A DNA stretch of 47,786 nucleotides, taken from NCBI GenBank assembly GCA_003427395.1, contig BFEA01000023.1:4097567-4145352 (forward strand), in the 5' to 3' direction. The notes under the pieces are model-generated. The model did no database searches and had not been told where the DNA came from. It worked only from the letters and a program-made list of their open reading frames with translations. Both the position numbers and the translations under genes were made by a program. Origin of the DNA: Chara braunii (taxonomy: Eukaryota > Plantae > Charophyceae). Of the stretch, positions 32,751 to 46,977 are shown piece after piece. Each line of letters starts with the position of its first letter. Positions within the stretch are counted from its first letter, which is position 1.

Positions 32751-35700
32751 ATGGTTAAGCTGAAGATGGCCACGTGGAATGTCTGGGGCCTGGGCGATTC
32801 CTCGGGTAAAAGGAAAAAGAGCAGAATTAAGTCGTGGGTCTTCCGCAAGCAAGTCGAGGCCTTGTGCATATAGGAGACAAAGTTGAGCGAGGACAAGTTG
32901 AGAGCGAATGCTGGCTGGTGGGATGGGCCGCAGATGTGGTCTCCGGCTCAGGAATCGAGGGGGGGGTTAGGCATCCTACTTCATCGCTCTTTGCAGCCAC
33001 AAGTAGTTGACTCGGAGGCGGATCTGTGGGGTCGCTAGGCCTGGCTCAAGCTGCAAACAGATCTCACAGAATGGGTGTTGATGACGGTGTATGCTCCTGC
33101 CGACCCTAGCTCTAGAGCGGCCTTCTTCCAGACGTTGCTGTCAGTCATTCCTCAATCAGAGCACTTAATCATGGTTGTGGATTGGAATGTATCGCTAGAC
33201 GAGGCTTTGACAGATGGGACTCGCACGACGGGCAGGAGAGATGCAGTAGCCTTAATGGATCTCATTCAGGAGCTGGAACTATCAGACCCTTTCCGCTCAT
33301 TGAGCCTGTTTACCTCCGGCTATACTTGGTTCTCCAAAATTAGCCAAGAGAGGGGGGATGTGACCCATAGGCGGCTGGATTATTTCATGGTTACAGGAGG
33401 GTTGGCACAGGGTGTTACTGCAGATGGCCCCGATCTGCACCCAATGTCGGATCATCGACCGGTGCTGGCGGAGATGGTCCTCACCCCGTCGGTGGCCAGG
33501 GGTAGAGGCTACTTCAAACTGAATTCCCTGAACCTTAAGGACCCCGGGATTAAGGGCTGGGTGGAGGAGCAAATGGGGTCATGGGACACAGCCCGACAGT
33601 TTTTTCCGTCCACGGCGAAATGGCTAGATGGGGGCCTGACGATCATCTCCGGTATGATGAGCGTCTGCTCAAGGATCCTGGCGAAGGGAAGAAATGTGGA
33701 AGAGGAGAGGTGTAGGAAAGGAGTAGAGGAGGCAGAAAGGAGGATGGAAGCCCACCCGATCTCGAAGCGGGTTTGGGCGGCGAAAAGGGAGCGGAGGCTT
33801 GCAGAATGGGAGGGCCTGCAGGCGACTAAGCAGGCGGAGTGGGAGGAGCTCCTGAGCATCAAAGGTATTATGGTTCAAGACCGCCTCACTAAGAAACATT
33901 CAGGAAGCTCCTACCTAGCAGCTCATTTCACCAGGTGGTGGAATTAAAGCACCCCTTCGATGCCTTGCTACCCGTGGCTGAGTCTTCCAGCAGCATGCTT
34001 GAGTATGCACGCTTGTACTTCACAGACATACTAACTTCAAGGAATTGGAGCGGTATTGCAGTTTTAGATCTTACACAGCATTCTTGTCTGTGGGACGATA
34101 CCGCAGTTTTGCTGACTAATGGGGAGAGACTGGCACTAGACCGCCCAATAACCGAGGAAGAGCTGCAACATACCTTGAAGGTGATGGCTTCCGGTAAGTG
34201 CCCGGGGGTGGACGGGTTGACGGTTGAATTTTACAGAACTTGTTGGGGAGCGTTAGGCCCTCCTCCGGTGGAGGTTTTCAACGAGGTTCTGAGTGGGGGT
34301 CGGTTAGGCGAGCTCATGACGCATGGTGTCATCTCGCTCATGTTCAAGAAAGGAGATAAGGCCAATGTGCGGAATTACAAGCCAATTTCAGTTCTGAACG
34401 TAGACTATAAAATCCTGGCAAAAACGTTGGCAATACGCTTGGGGAAGATCCTCCCGAGGCTAGTGGAATGCGATCAGGGGGCTTTTGTCCAAGGCAGATC
34501 AATTTTTTACAACATCCTAACTGCGATAGAAGCGCTGGAGGTAGTTAATGCGGAGAACAACAATGTGGCCATCCTTCTGCTGGATCTAGAAAAGGCATAT
34601 GACCGCGTCGGTTGGCCGTTCGTCTTGACGATGCTTAAAAAGATAGACTTTGGGCAGGGGTCTTGTAGGTGGATTATTGCTATGTACACGTTGGCCACTT
34701 CATCAGTCATAGTGAATGGTCACCTCTCTCGACCTTTCAATCTGACCCGCTCGCTCAGACAGGGATGCCCACTGGCCCCGCTGTTGTTCGTTCTGCAGCT
34801 AGAGATCCCGCTCAACAGGATCCGGAAGCACCCAGACATCAGAGGCATCAGTTTGGCGGAGAACTGCGAGTGCATAGTGAAGGCTCTCGCCGATGACCTG
34901 TTCATTGCTTCAGTAAACACAGAAAGCTCTCTGAATGCGCTGAAAGAGACCCTAGCCGAATACTCGTTCCTTTCGGAGGCCTTGGTGAACTGGTCCAAGT
35001 CAGCGTATACCCTACCGGAAGAATTCTCTCTGCAGGTGGAATGGGGAATGAAAAGGGTGGATAGTTCTTCCGGGGAGCGGTTCCTGGGTGTCATGATCAG
35101 CTTGCAAGTGATGGGCTCCGTTCAAGGTCTCATTCTGCAGCAGCGTGTCGCAGCTCGTCTCCAAGTTTGGGGTCCGGCTAGCCATCTTTCTCTTTTTGGT
35201 CGGGCCCTGGTGGTAAATGTGGCACTGTGGGCCTTGCTCTGGTTTGTAGGGGCTGTAAGAGAGATATCGGCTGCAGTCTTGACAGCGATACGCAGGCTGG
35301 TGGCCAGGTTCCTATGGAAACCCAGGGCAGGGATAGACGGCGGGTTCATGGTTAAAGTGGCATGGGACCTAATCACTTACGACAGAGACGAAGGAGGGCT
35401 CGGTCTGATTGACCCTCACAGAAAGAACCTGGCTCAGTTGAGGAAGTGGATCTCCCGCATAGCTATGGCAGATGTAAGAGAAGACTGGATACTGTTGGCT
35501 GAGCGTATCCTGACGAGTGAGTGGAGGCTCTCGAGGCCAGCAGACGTGTGGGTATGTTTTTTCATGCACTCCTTCATGAACAGGAGATTGAAGTCGGAGT
35601 TCTGGGAGGCTGTTCGCAAGGCCTGGAAGGACCACCCACCAGAAGCTCGCAAAAAGCCACAGACAAAAGAGGAGGTACTCCTTCAACCCCTCTTTGAGAA

Positions 35701-37015
35701 TCCGTTTATCGTAGATAGTCAGGGCAAACCGTTTTCTGCTGCTACGGGGCCCGCAGCCTTCGGGCTGGCCTGGATTCGCAGAGGCATCAGCCGTATTCAG
35801 GGTTTGTGGTCTGTCATTCTGGGATCCTGGCGCCCCTTCGCTGAAGTTAGAGCTCAGTTGCAGAATCTATGGAGGGTAGAACAGAATTGGAGGAGCCTCC
35901 TAGCAGCGATTCCACTACACTGGCGCCAGCTTCTGGGTCCAGAAGGCATTGACCCGCTGGGTGCATGGTACCTTCAGCCCACCTACACGCCCACCCACAT
36001 GCCCTCTGTCACAGTGTGGAGGGTGCAAGACATCACTCAACGCGGGTTCAGAAAAGTCCAAGTTTGGGAGGCTGAGGAACACCCCTCCTCAGAACTGCGC
36101 TTAGTAGGTGAGGAGGTAGTGGAAAGCTGGGCAAACCCCCCACAGATCAGGGTAGTGGAGAGCTTAGATGCAAATGGTGAGCACTCTCATTTTCGATGGG
36201 TGGGGAAGGTACCACTCAGGGCATTGATGATAGATCCCACTGCGTGGCAATGGAAAGGCGGTAACTTGGATTCTATGGACCTGACGTCTTATGCTGTGGA
36301 GTTTCTATGGACCTGACGTCTTATGGGAGTTTCTTACAGAAGAGCAGACAAAAGGAAGAGAACACCCGCTTCAGTGGCAGTCGCCAGATGGGCCTGGATG
36401 ACCTGCAGGGCCAGGAGGCGAGGTTCACTAAATTATGGAGCTCATTGCTGGACCTCCCCAGCCCCAAGCAGGCTAGTGTCTTGTGGCTTCTCTCGCTGCT
36501 GGTGACTCTGTCTTCGGTATGGCTGGTCAGCAGGGGCATGGAGGTCAGCCTGGGTTGTACTCGCTGCACATGGCCTTTTAAGTCCACCATGGTGGGATTG
36601 CCCAGCCTCTAAAAGAGTTTGGCAGTGGTGGGCGAGTCACTGGACCCAGATGGGAGGAAAGGACATTGAGTGGGATGAGCGTTGGGTATTGTTGGGCTTT
36701 GTGCCGGAGAATCGTACCGGTAAGAGGGGCTGGTCGTATGTAGCGCAGGTAGCTAGAGAAGTGATCTGCTCGGTGATTTGGGCTGACAGGAACCGTTCCC
36801 GCTTTGAGGGTCGTCCTTTCTCAGATATGGAAGTGAAAGCAGCAATAAAGAAAGGTGTGAGACAGGCGATCTGGGCTGATTGGAAGCGGAAGGTTAAGCA
36901 GGGAAGGGGCTCCCGTCAGGCAAGATGGTGGTTCCTGAAAACGTGGGCCCAGGGCAACCAGCTGGTGGGGTTCCACAGATCAAGAGGCCTGGTGGTCTCG
37001 CAGTGGCTATTGTAA
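32751..37015 (+). pseudogene. LINE ORF2: APE endonuclease + reverse transcriptase + C-terminal Cys-rich region, with stops and frameshifts
   Basis: MATWNVWGL, (Q to stop)ETK, VDWNV, RLDYF, SDHRPV (APE). KCPGVDG, YKPISVLNVDYKILAK, QGAFVQGRSI, LDLEKAYDRV, LRQGCPLAPLLF, LADD (RT). CTRC...WDCP. In-frame TAG at 32871 and 33036; frameshifts near 33895, 36300 and 36585. Confidence 0.95.
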
Positions 37016-38818
37016 CCAGGCAGGGATTTTTAGGAAGGTTAGGGGCATTAGCTTGAATGCCTCACGGTGACCAGGGCACTCGGTCCGTGAGGCATTGGAG
37101 TTACTCAGAGGGCCATCACCAAACCAGGTCACTCGGTTTGAGGGCCGCAGTGGGCCAGGTAGGAGAGTGACAGCAGTTCCAGGACCCAGACCCTCTGGGC
37201 CAGGTCCGCTGGGCCATTGTAGTCCCAGCAGTAGGTTAGATAGGACAGCAGGGGTAGGTTTAGTTCAGATCCCGCAGATTCTGGCGTAGGTAAATTCTCT
37301 GGTTCCCACTTCAGGGTAATCCCTGGAATTGATTTTGGTCTATTGTCGTGATGATTATTCGATTTCTTGCAAATGGTAGGGAGGAAAACTTTGTCAGGCT
37401 CTGTGCCTGTAACCTAAGCTGGCTGATGCTGTCAGATATCCCCGGGTAGAATTGTGAGGTCCCCGGCCTCGGTCCCAGTTAAGTAATATAATGATTAAGG
37501 AAAAAATAAAAATAAAAAAAAATGGCCCTCCGACTTCTATTTATTTGCGGTATGCCCCTGCGACGGCCTACTTCCCCTGTCGCGCCCCTCTGACAACACT
37601 GAAGTTTCCGATAAACCCCTGGCGTCATTTGGGGCTGCCCGGGACCCGTTCCAAATTTCCAGTATGCTCCGGTAGCTCCCCTCCCAGGGACAGGGGAAAG
37701 ACCGCGACTGCCACCAACGGCCAGGGGAAAGGCCGCGCGAGTGCCAGCAACGGCCACAGGGGCATGCTGGAAAGTTGCACCCCTCACTGACAGGGCAAAT
37801 CGGCCATCGGAGGGCCATTTCAAAAACTTTCCCTTCTTATTTTCTTTTTCTTCCCTCACTATGACGATATCTCTGGGCCATCGCCCTTTTTTTTTTTTTT
37901 TTTAACGAAAAAAAAATTCATTCCAAGCAGAAATGAGGCCCATCGCCCTTTTGACCAAACCAAATCAACGTGTTGATACTGTGGGCGTGAGATTTTCAGA
38001 TCGGATGTCAGAGGGCCGTGTATATTCGAAACCAGAATCAAACCTCCTCAAGTGGAGCATGCCCCCAGGTTCACAACGACCAAAAACGATAGGCCGCAGA
38101 TAGGCCACAGATAGGCCGCAGAGTACTTTCTTTGATTTTAGCAGCGCTGCTTGTGTTAGCTGCTTTAATAGTTACGAAAAGAAAGGGGAAAAAAAAAAAA
38201 AAAACAATCTCACCAGGATATAATACACCACTAAAGGCCAAAAACAATTCAATGGCATGCACAATACTATGTGATCAGGGTAATAATTAAAGAGCACCAG
38301 CCTGAGGTTAATAAACACCAAAAACACCACAATACTATACGATATGGGTAATAATTAAAAGCACCAGCCTGACGTTAATAAAGACCAAAAACAACCCATG
38401 CTCGCCATTATCTCACCAAATCCCACTGTAGTAAGCCCAATAAAAACTATTAAAAAGAGATAATTAAAGAGCACCAGCCTGAGGTTAAAAAAAAAAAACA
38501 AAAAAAAACCATGCTCGCCATTACTGCTGGTAATTGTCAATATCGAGGACGAAGAGAGTGATGATGCCAATCATCTTGTGATTGGGTCATTATGACGATG
38601 AGCACTTGGTCATCAAAACCAAAACCGATTAAGCCCACAGTATCGAGTAGTCAGTTAAGCGTGGCGCCTCGGCCAATGCATGGCTCTACGAACTACCTAC
38701 CCACCCAACGTCAGCCACAAACAGTCAGTTCAGTCTATTAACAATCATACATCTAGAGTCCAAAACGACCGCCTCCTTCTCACTGCCGTCGACATCTCTC
38801 ACCACCTACCCCTCTCCA

Positions 38819-38874
<56 letters not shown>

Positions 38875-39054
38875 CCGCACCGCCTTACATGCTAACGTCG
38901 GCAGATCGGCTTGATAAGATGCCTCCTCGCCCTCACACGAGTGAAAGATTAGCTCATGACGGGATTCACACATTTAGAGACACAGAAAACCAGCTTGTAC
39001 TGCCAAAGACAAAATGTAACTTCCCCGAAGGAGGGGATCACCCAAAGGTCAAAT

Positions 39055-39126
<72 letters not shown>

Positions 39127-42100
39127 CCCCCCCACCCCCCCAACACACGCAGAGAAGAAAGAAGTAGAGGTGGTTGGTACAACAACAACTGCCGGTAGTA
39201 CAGAACAACACGCCCTATGTCGTGGCCGCGATGATGCCTGCACGAATGGCTGTCAATCATGTTACCCTCCTGCTAACCGTTCTCATCCTACTCCTGCTGC
39301 AACTGATACTACCACTACCCGGGGATTAGGACAGCGACGACGCCGACAACGAGTCGATGATCTGGACCCGAAACAGTATCCTGACATCACTTAAGCTGTG
39401 AGACATGTGATTGATTCCCCAAATACAGGCCAGCTTCTGAAATTATGATGGCAATGGGAAAAACCGACTGGCCTTGAGTGCCCAGAAGAAGAGGCCGGGA
39501 GGTTACACAACGTGACGCGCTGCGGAAGACAGCTCTGTTGGAAAGAACACCATCCCCAATGAACTAACCGCCGCTGCATGACCCTTCAAAATCTCAACGG
39601 TCATTACCAAAAGAGGAAAACCCCGCGTCCCCGAGAAACTCACAGAAAGTTAAGACAGTCCGAGACAAGACAGTCCAACCCCACACTCCCTGTGGCAAAA
39701 CGAACTGGAAAGAAAAACACACAAAAAAAAAAAAAAAATCCATCACGATAGGTGATGTGCCAATTCCTATCACCGTCGTCATCATCTCCCATCTTAGCCC
39801 CAATTATATATATACATAAATGTATGTATACATACTTGCACTTAACTAACCAATTAGATCAGATTAATAACCAATTAAATGTCCACGGCGCATCTCGGGC
39901 TGCACTCCTTACTGCTCGGGATAATGCCTGCCTGCAACCACCCCCCACCCCAACTCATGATGTCACGCAACATGGTGTAAGGCATGATCCTGTGATCGAG
40001 TCCAATTTGCGTCAATCAATCACATCGCATCGGCTTCAATCAACACCATCGTATGTTCAAGCATACATTCTTGGAAGCAGATATACACTTCAGGATATTG
40101 ACGATGGTGGTGTTTAGGCGGGCGGGAGAGCGATTCAAAATCAAAAAACAGTTTTAAAAACGTATTAAGCATGTAGTTTTTTACATTATATCTTTCAACA
40201 AATCGACAACGAAAAGATCATCAACCCTGCACCCCTTCAACGGATTCCAACTGTCCCACAATTGATTGGTTCATTCAAGGACTGAGACATAGAGATACAG
40301 TAAGTTATCGCGGTTCGATGACCTCACCTCAATCCACTTTTGAAGCGTCAAGATCCTCTCAGCGATTCCTCTCCTCTCTTCCCGTCTTCCTTTCCTTCTT
40401 TCTTCCTTGCTTTAACGACTTCAACAACGGACGGACGGATAGATATAGCACCCAAGAATAGATCCAACGGCTCCCAACTACCGTGTTCACTCGGATAGAA
40501 CGCCCGGTCACAATATCTGTATTTGGGCTTACTTCCAGTCCAGATGCAGATGCAAAGATAATGACCGGACGTTCTGTTCCGGTGACGACGGTAATGTACC
40601 TTCACCAAGCTTATAGATCCAACGGTTTCCAACCAATCAAGCCAGCAGCGTTCCTTCTGCTGCCGATCTTCCTCTCGATCACAATTCCCAGATCCACATC
40701 ACCATCATCAACAACATCATCATTTGTAGACATACACAGCAATGCACAGAGCGCACCGTGACCTCTTCATCTTCGTCCCGCCGTCTTCCTTCCGCCGTGT
40801 ACCTGGACCGAATCCGAACCAGCCATCGTCAATCTGCAGCCGCCGCCGCAAATCCGTCGAAGCTCCCACAGTGAAGCCGAAGCCAGGGTCTTCATAATCA
40901 AGCAACGCCTACTGCGGCAATGAAGAAGATCGACAAGTTAAGGACGACTAGCGCCGAAGTTACTTGCCGTCCTTACCTCCCTCCCTCCCTCCCTCCCTCC
41001 CTCCCTCCTTCCCTCCCTCCCTCCTTCCCTTCGTCGTGTGTGCAGCACCCCCTTTTCTCACCCTCCCTATCTACCTAACACACCTACTGTCTTCTTCTTC
41101 TTCTTCCACCTTGTCGCTCACTATCTACCTAACACACCTGCTGTCTTTTTCTTCTTCTTCCACCTTGTCGCTCACCTTTCACCCTTCAAAGACGCAACCA
41201 AACAAGTAGCAAGTAGCCCTTTGATGTACACCATCCAGTTAATCTCAACATCCCTCCCGATCGATCAAATCAATCAAATCAAATCAAATTGAACCCAATC
41301 AACCACACTCCATGGCCGCCTCCTTCCTGAGTGATCACCGCCTCTGTGTATGGCCTTCACATCATTCACCGGCGACCATTCTCTCTCCACGCAGGTTCGT
41401 GGGGCTTCACGATTTTGTTTTTTTCTTTCAGAAATTGTGAAAAAAACGATCGTTGCAGAGACGGCCCGGCGTGCGATCAATCCTACGATGACCTCTGCGA
41501 CTAAAGGGAACACTCACACTAGCACTTTCGTGCATGTATCTGACCGCAATTACGGCAGCACTGGATGTATCCGACAGCAAGGACGTCCAGAAACTAGTCG
41601 TGAAAGTCCCACTGTGACTGTCCACTCAGACCAGTTTCGATGCGATTAGGCGGGGAACGTCAGAGAATCCCCAGCGGCCAATATACAGTATCACAACAAT
41701 AAGCACACGGCTGCTAACTTATTGTGCCTGTATCCCAATGCGAGACGAGGGCGCACTTGGCCTCCCCTTCCCTCTGCGTGTCCTCAATATCCCCTCCCTC
41801 CGCTTGTGGTGCCCCTAACTTACCCGCCACCTCAGCATCTCAGTTGATCGCACAACTGTGACGTTGCCTGCTACTAAACTAACTCACTACAGCTGCAGGG
41901 AGGTTACCTCGTTGATTACTAGTAGTAATATCTGGCCCTGTACCTTCCAGACACGAATCACGAATCTACCATCTGTCCCTCTCATGCATACCAGCCGCCA
42001 TGATGGAATCAATCGACGACTCGGTCGATTCAATGGAAGATCGCGCTTAATATAGTACGTATATATGTAGCTGGATCGGTTGATTGATTGGACTGATTTG

Positions 42101-42821
42101 ATTGATTTGATTATTTGATTGATTTGATTGAATTGATCGACTGATCGGTAGCTACTCTTTGTACACCGATTTGGCGCCACTTGAGTTACCGATCTGGCGC
42201 CACATAATAGAGAAAGAGGGACTCGACTCGACTCGACTCGACGCCTGAGCCTGAGCCTGAGCCTGTTAACCACACAGCGGAATGCTCACCCACAATACCT
42301 TCAACTTGGAAACGGAAGAATGAATCGAACGCCCGTACAGCCAGAATGCCCACGCTGCTAGCACGCGGAACAAAAGACGAAGACGAAGACGGCATCGCAA
42401 AGAGAAGAAGAAAAAAAAAACAGAGCTCAGAAGTGTAAAAACGGTATGTCACCAGCGCAGTTACAAGCCACACTACCCCCGTCCTGTCACGGTGTCGTCG
42501 GGTGACAGGCCCTTGAAGACTGGCGCTGCCTCACCTTCCGATCGCGGAGTCCAACATCCAAAGCCATCGTGAGCTCACTTCAGATATATACACACGCCGC
42601 CTCACTCAGCACTCAGTAATCGAACCAGCCAGCTGTGTGTCCTCGTGTTCACTAGACGTGCTCACTCTAGATACGGGGCCTCGCTCCACTACTCTCGACA
42701 TGTCCGAAAGGAGAGTGAATCTTTGCCTAGAACATGGAAAGATGCACGGCCATGATTGATTCTTGTATTTTTCTGCATGTCGAGAGTAGTGGAGGGAGGC
42801 CCATGTACACCCACCTCACTC

Positions 42822-43175
42822 ACTCAGTAATCGCCCCGCCCTGCTCTGTGGGTATGCGCATGCGTGTATGCCTGCGCGCGGGAGAGAGAGCACTCGAACA
42901 GTACACACCCCCACCACTCAGTAATCGCCCCGCCCTGCTCTGTGGGTATGCGCATGCGTGTATGCGTGCGCGCGGGAGAGAGAGCGCTCGAACAGTACAC
43001 ACCCCCACCGATCATGACGGTAGGTAGTATGCCGCGAGGAGTTTTTTGACTGAAGGCCCATCCATGTACACCCACCTCACTCGCTCAGTAATCGCCCCGC
43101 CGCCTTGTTCTGTGGGTATGCGCATGCGTGTATGCGTGCGCGCGGGAGAGAGAGCGCTCCCACAGTACACACGCC
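42822..43175 (+). repeat. ~94-bp unit repeated 3 times (CTCAGTAATCGCCCCGCC...GAGAGCRCTCGAACAGTACACAC)
   Basis: Direct repeats at 42822, 42916 and 43083. Confidence 0.8.
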
Positions 43176-43597
43176 CATCGATCATCAGCGTAGTATGCCA
43201 CGAGGAGTTTTCTGCCGAGGAGTTTTTTGACTGAAACTGGTCAGACGCATTCAGGACGGTCCATGGTAGCGCAAGCAACCATGCTCTGCTAACTTCTTCG
43301 CTTCGCCCGAATACAACGTACGAGCATTATAGCTGCGTATCTAGACTGAAAGATGCCTCAAATGCAGCTATAATGACCGTACGTTGTATTCGGGGGAACA
43401 AGGCAGGACTGATAACAGCGACAGTGCCGGCCACAGATAGAGCGCCTCGCTCCACTACTCTCGAAATGTGCAAAAACGAGAGCGAATCTTCCGCTCGCTC
43501 ATGGGACGATACACCGCCATAATTTTTCGTTTCTTTTGTGCATGTCGAGAGTAGTGGAGCAAGGCCCACATATGACCATCACTACAAAGCATCACAG

Positions 43598-43631
<34 letters not shown>

Positions 43632-44545
43632 AGCATCACAGGCAATGAGATGGACGCAAATTCAATCAATGGGAAAGAGAGACGGATAATCAGACAAATG
43701 CACTACTCTCCAAAATGTACAAAATGACAGAATGTACAAAATGACACCGAATCTTCCACTAGAACATGGAACAATACGCCGCCATATTTTTTAATTTTTA
43801 ATTTTTAATTTTCTTTGTGTTGTGTGTCCTTTTTTTGCATGTGGAGAGTATAGTTAGTGGAGCGAGGCCCAAACAAAAGGACCAGGACAGTTGACGTCAA
43901 AAGCCGTCAGTTACCCGGGGCAAGGTCCACTTGCGCAACTTAGGAGATTTCGACCGTTGATCTTTGCTATCTACGGTCAGTATCTCTTCATTCGTGCAAG
44001 TGGGACCTACCGGTAGCTCCCGCAAGCCGCAAGCAAGTAGTAAGCTGTAAGCTGGTCGATATCGCTTCCCGAAATTGGCCCGTCAGGGCCAGGCGGCGCG
44101 GCGGGACTGATCCTATCCTTTCCTATCCTACGGTTATGCTAATTTTGCATGAACGAACATAGCCAGTTTGACGGTCAGGTGCGCGCAGGCGCGACTGATC
44201 CTATGTCGTGCTCATTGAGCTGGTCGATATAGATATCGGTTGCCGAATGCCGAACAGTATTTGTTGCCCATCAGAGAACCAGGCGCGACTGATCCTATCT
44301 CAGAAGAGAAGAGAACGGCCATCAGGGCCTCGCCCTTGCACTCCGCTGTCCTCAACTGAACTTTCATCAGGTTCAGGGTCAGATCCCACTACCCTGGATT
44401 ATTCATTTTTCACCCTCGATTGCGAAGATCAGCGGTCAGAAATGAAGAATAGGGGCTAGTGAGATCTGGCCCTTGGTAACACCGAAACATCCCCTTCCCG
44501 CAACCTCCAGGGCCTGCGCTTTTGTCGTCTATTCAGAGCGGACAC

Positions 44546-44708
44546 CCTCATTTCTTTTCCTTTGGGCTCCTCCCATTTTCCTAGTTGTTCCCTCCCCCCC
44601 CCAAATCTTATTACAGACTGTCCTGTCCTCATTTCTTTTCCTTTGGGCTCCTCCCATTTTCCTAGTTGTTCCCTCGCCCCTCCAAATCTTATTACAGACT
44701 GTCCTCAT
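44546..44708 (+). repeat. 81-bp tandem duplication
   Basis: CCTCATTTCTTTTCCTTTGGGCTCC...ACAGACTGTCCT twice. Confidence 0.9.
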
Positions 44709-44790
44709 CGCCACACTGGTACAATTGTCTACCGCATGGACGCGGGGAACGCAGCCCTAAGGTAGCCAAATCAATGAGACTAAGAGCTAA

Positions 44791-44837
<47 letters not shown>

Positions 44838-46399
44838 CTGAATGGCAAAATTGAAATATATATGGGTCAAATTGCAGCCACAATCTATTTCGCAGTTGGA
44901 ATGATTTTTTTAAATTTATGTAGCGTTTTTCCTGGAAAGATCACAACAAAATCTACGAGTACTCCAATTTTCAGGTTTTTTCACGCATTCTTTTGAGCGC
45001 GAAAACTCACTGAATTTGGAGTACTTTCTTAGTTGGCCCAGTCATGGCTGAGTGGCAAAAATGGAAAATGTGCTGAATCGGCGCGATGATTATTTCGCAG
45101 TCTAAATGATTTTTTGTAAATGTTCTGTTACTATTCCTGGAAAGAACACGACCTCATCTATGGATTCTCAAAATTTCAGATTTTTGTGCATGTTCATCTG
45201 AGCACAAAAAATCGCCAAAGTTGGGGCTCAACGCCTGGGCCTGAGGGTCCTTTTGCAGCTCACATGCCCTCACTTCTTTTTGGGGTCGGCTTCTACCCGA
45301 GGACCGGTCCAATGCCCCCCACTTCTTTTTGGGGTCCACTTCCACCCGAGGATCGGTCCTTCGTTGTTCCAGAAGTCCCGGTTCTACCAGAGCTAGCTGT
45401 AGGTAGTCCGCAATTTTGGCAAGGACCGGTCCCCCAAATTTTTTTGCCCCCTAAGAACCCACTTTGTGTCCTGGTCGCCTGTCGCCAAAAATGCGACACC
45501 TTGACACAGACGCGGAAGCCCACTATACCGCAGCCTAAGGGCTGCGAATTTCATCACCCGCCCCTAGAACTGCTTACCCCCCCCGCCCATACCTTGCGAT
45601 TTCTGTTGCCATTTACCGTCCACCGGACATATCTTGGGGCCTAACTCATACTCGTCTGTTGGTATGGGTCCGTTCACAGAACCAGCCCTTCGTTTCCCAG
45701 CTATCGTGTTCCAAAGTAGCAGTGCGGGAAAGAAGGGTCAGGGAGGCATGCCTTGAAAATTCGGGTGGGCGGTATTGGTCGGTCCTACAGCCGCTGGATG
45801 TCTCATATACTACAGAGTGGGTTGATTTTTTTTTTTTTTTTTTTTGACTTTTCATGAGGGCTGTTTTGTGGTCTTCAGGGTTGGAGGATGCTTGTGAGGC
45901 AGGAGGACAGTGTTACCTACCTTGCCAGTTGACAGAGGGGTTGTTGTCCGCCTTGCTGATAGGGTGCTGGTTGTTTAGGGTTCCTTATTCACTAACCCTG
46001 AGGGCAGGGTGCGCAGCCCGTAGCTTGTTTGTTGGCATCTGGAGTTTAAAAATTAATTCACAAATCACAACCCAAATATTAAACCGTCAGTACCTTTCCC
46101 AGCTATCGCCCGCGGGCCCTCTCACCGAGTTTCAGCAGCGCATCTGCCCTTCGTGGGAGGCCGAGTACGACCTCCGTGTTAAGCGCTGCGATTCGGCAAA
46201 ATGCCTGGAGAAGGTACATGTGGTTTTAATTATTCCAAGCATAAAAATCGTGAAAGTTGCCTCTTGCAAATTGCAAACTGGTCCCACCGGTAACCCTTTT
46301 GTGCAGGCGCCTAGTGGAAAGCAACGTTCACGCTCGTCCCTACCACACCCTGCCTCAACGCCTGGGCCTGAGAGTATTCGCAAACGGTTTTTTCACGCG

Positions 46400-46967
46400 T
46401 GTACGTACGGAGGTCCCCGGACCAACATCCGTACGTAGGGGCATTTAGGGTCCCGTTCGGGGTCCGAACTTGACGGCGTTCGACCCCCACCAAAAATTAT
46501 TTCGGGGACTAAAAATAAGTTTTTTTTCTGAATGTTTTTTTTTTAGTTTTCTATGATGCGAGGTACGTGGCCATAAATTTTCAAGTCATTTTGCTAAGCC
46601 AAAAAAAAAAAAAAGATTCGTCAAAGATGGCAGTGTCAAAACGTGACCGTCCACTTACTATTTTTTTTTTTTCACTTTTTACTTTCCGTTTTCACTTTAT
46701 TGCGGGCCTAAACAATTTATTAAAATTTTGAAATTTTTTTAACGAGTTTTGTATTATGTGAAGTACACATCTGTATTTCAGGGCATTTGGATGTCATGCT
46801 CAGGCAAATGTCGTCTACTTTATTTGTCTTCATAACATATTTTTTTTCCATATTTTTTTGATGTTTTTTTTTTTTTTTTTTCCGCGTTTGGCCTGAACGG
46901 CCGAACAAATCCCGAAGGGGTCCCGTACGTTCAGGCGTTTGGCCCGTCCCGAACTCCGGTTACCCTG
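46400..46967 (-). mobile_element. Inverted, partly rearranged copy of the hAT-like element at 46978-47711
   Basis: Reverse-complement similarity along its length; ends ...ccggttaccctg next to (TA)n. Confidence 0.75.
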
Positions 46968-46977
46968 TATATATATA

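Larger units (their letters stand above)
29826..37518 (+). mobile_element. Full-length degenerate non-LTR retrotransposon (L1/Tx1 clade)
   Basis: Perfect 15-bp TSD AAAATGGCCCTCCGA at 29811-29825 and 37519-37533; GC-rich 5' UTR; ORF1; APE-RT ORF2; ~480-bp 3' UTR; A-rich tail at 37501-37518. Confidence 0.95.

Noticed and set aside
45854-46438. 194-aa ORF
   Set aside because: No recognisable motif; it crosses a TTAA-MITE-like terminus at ~46080 and the adjacent repeat.
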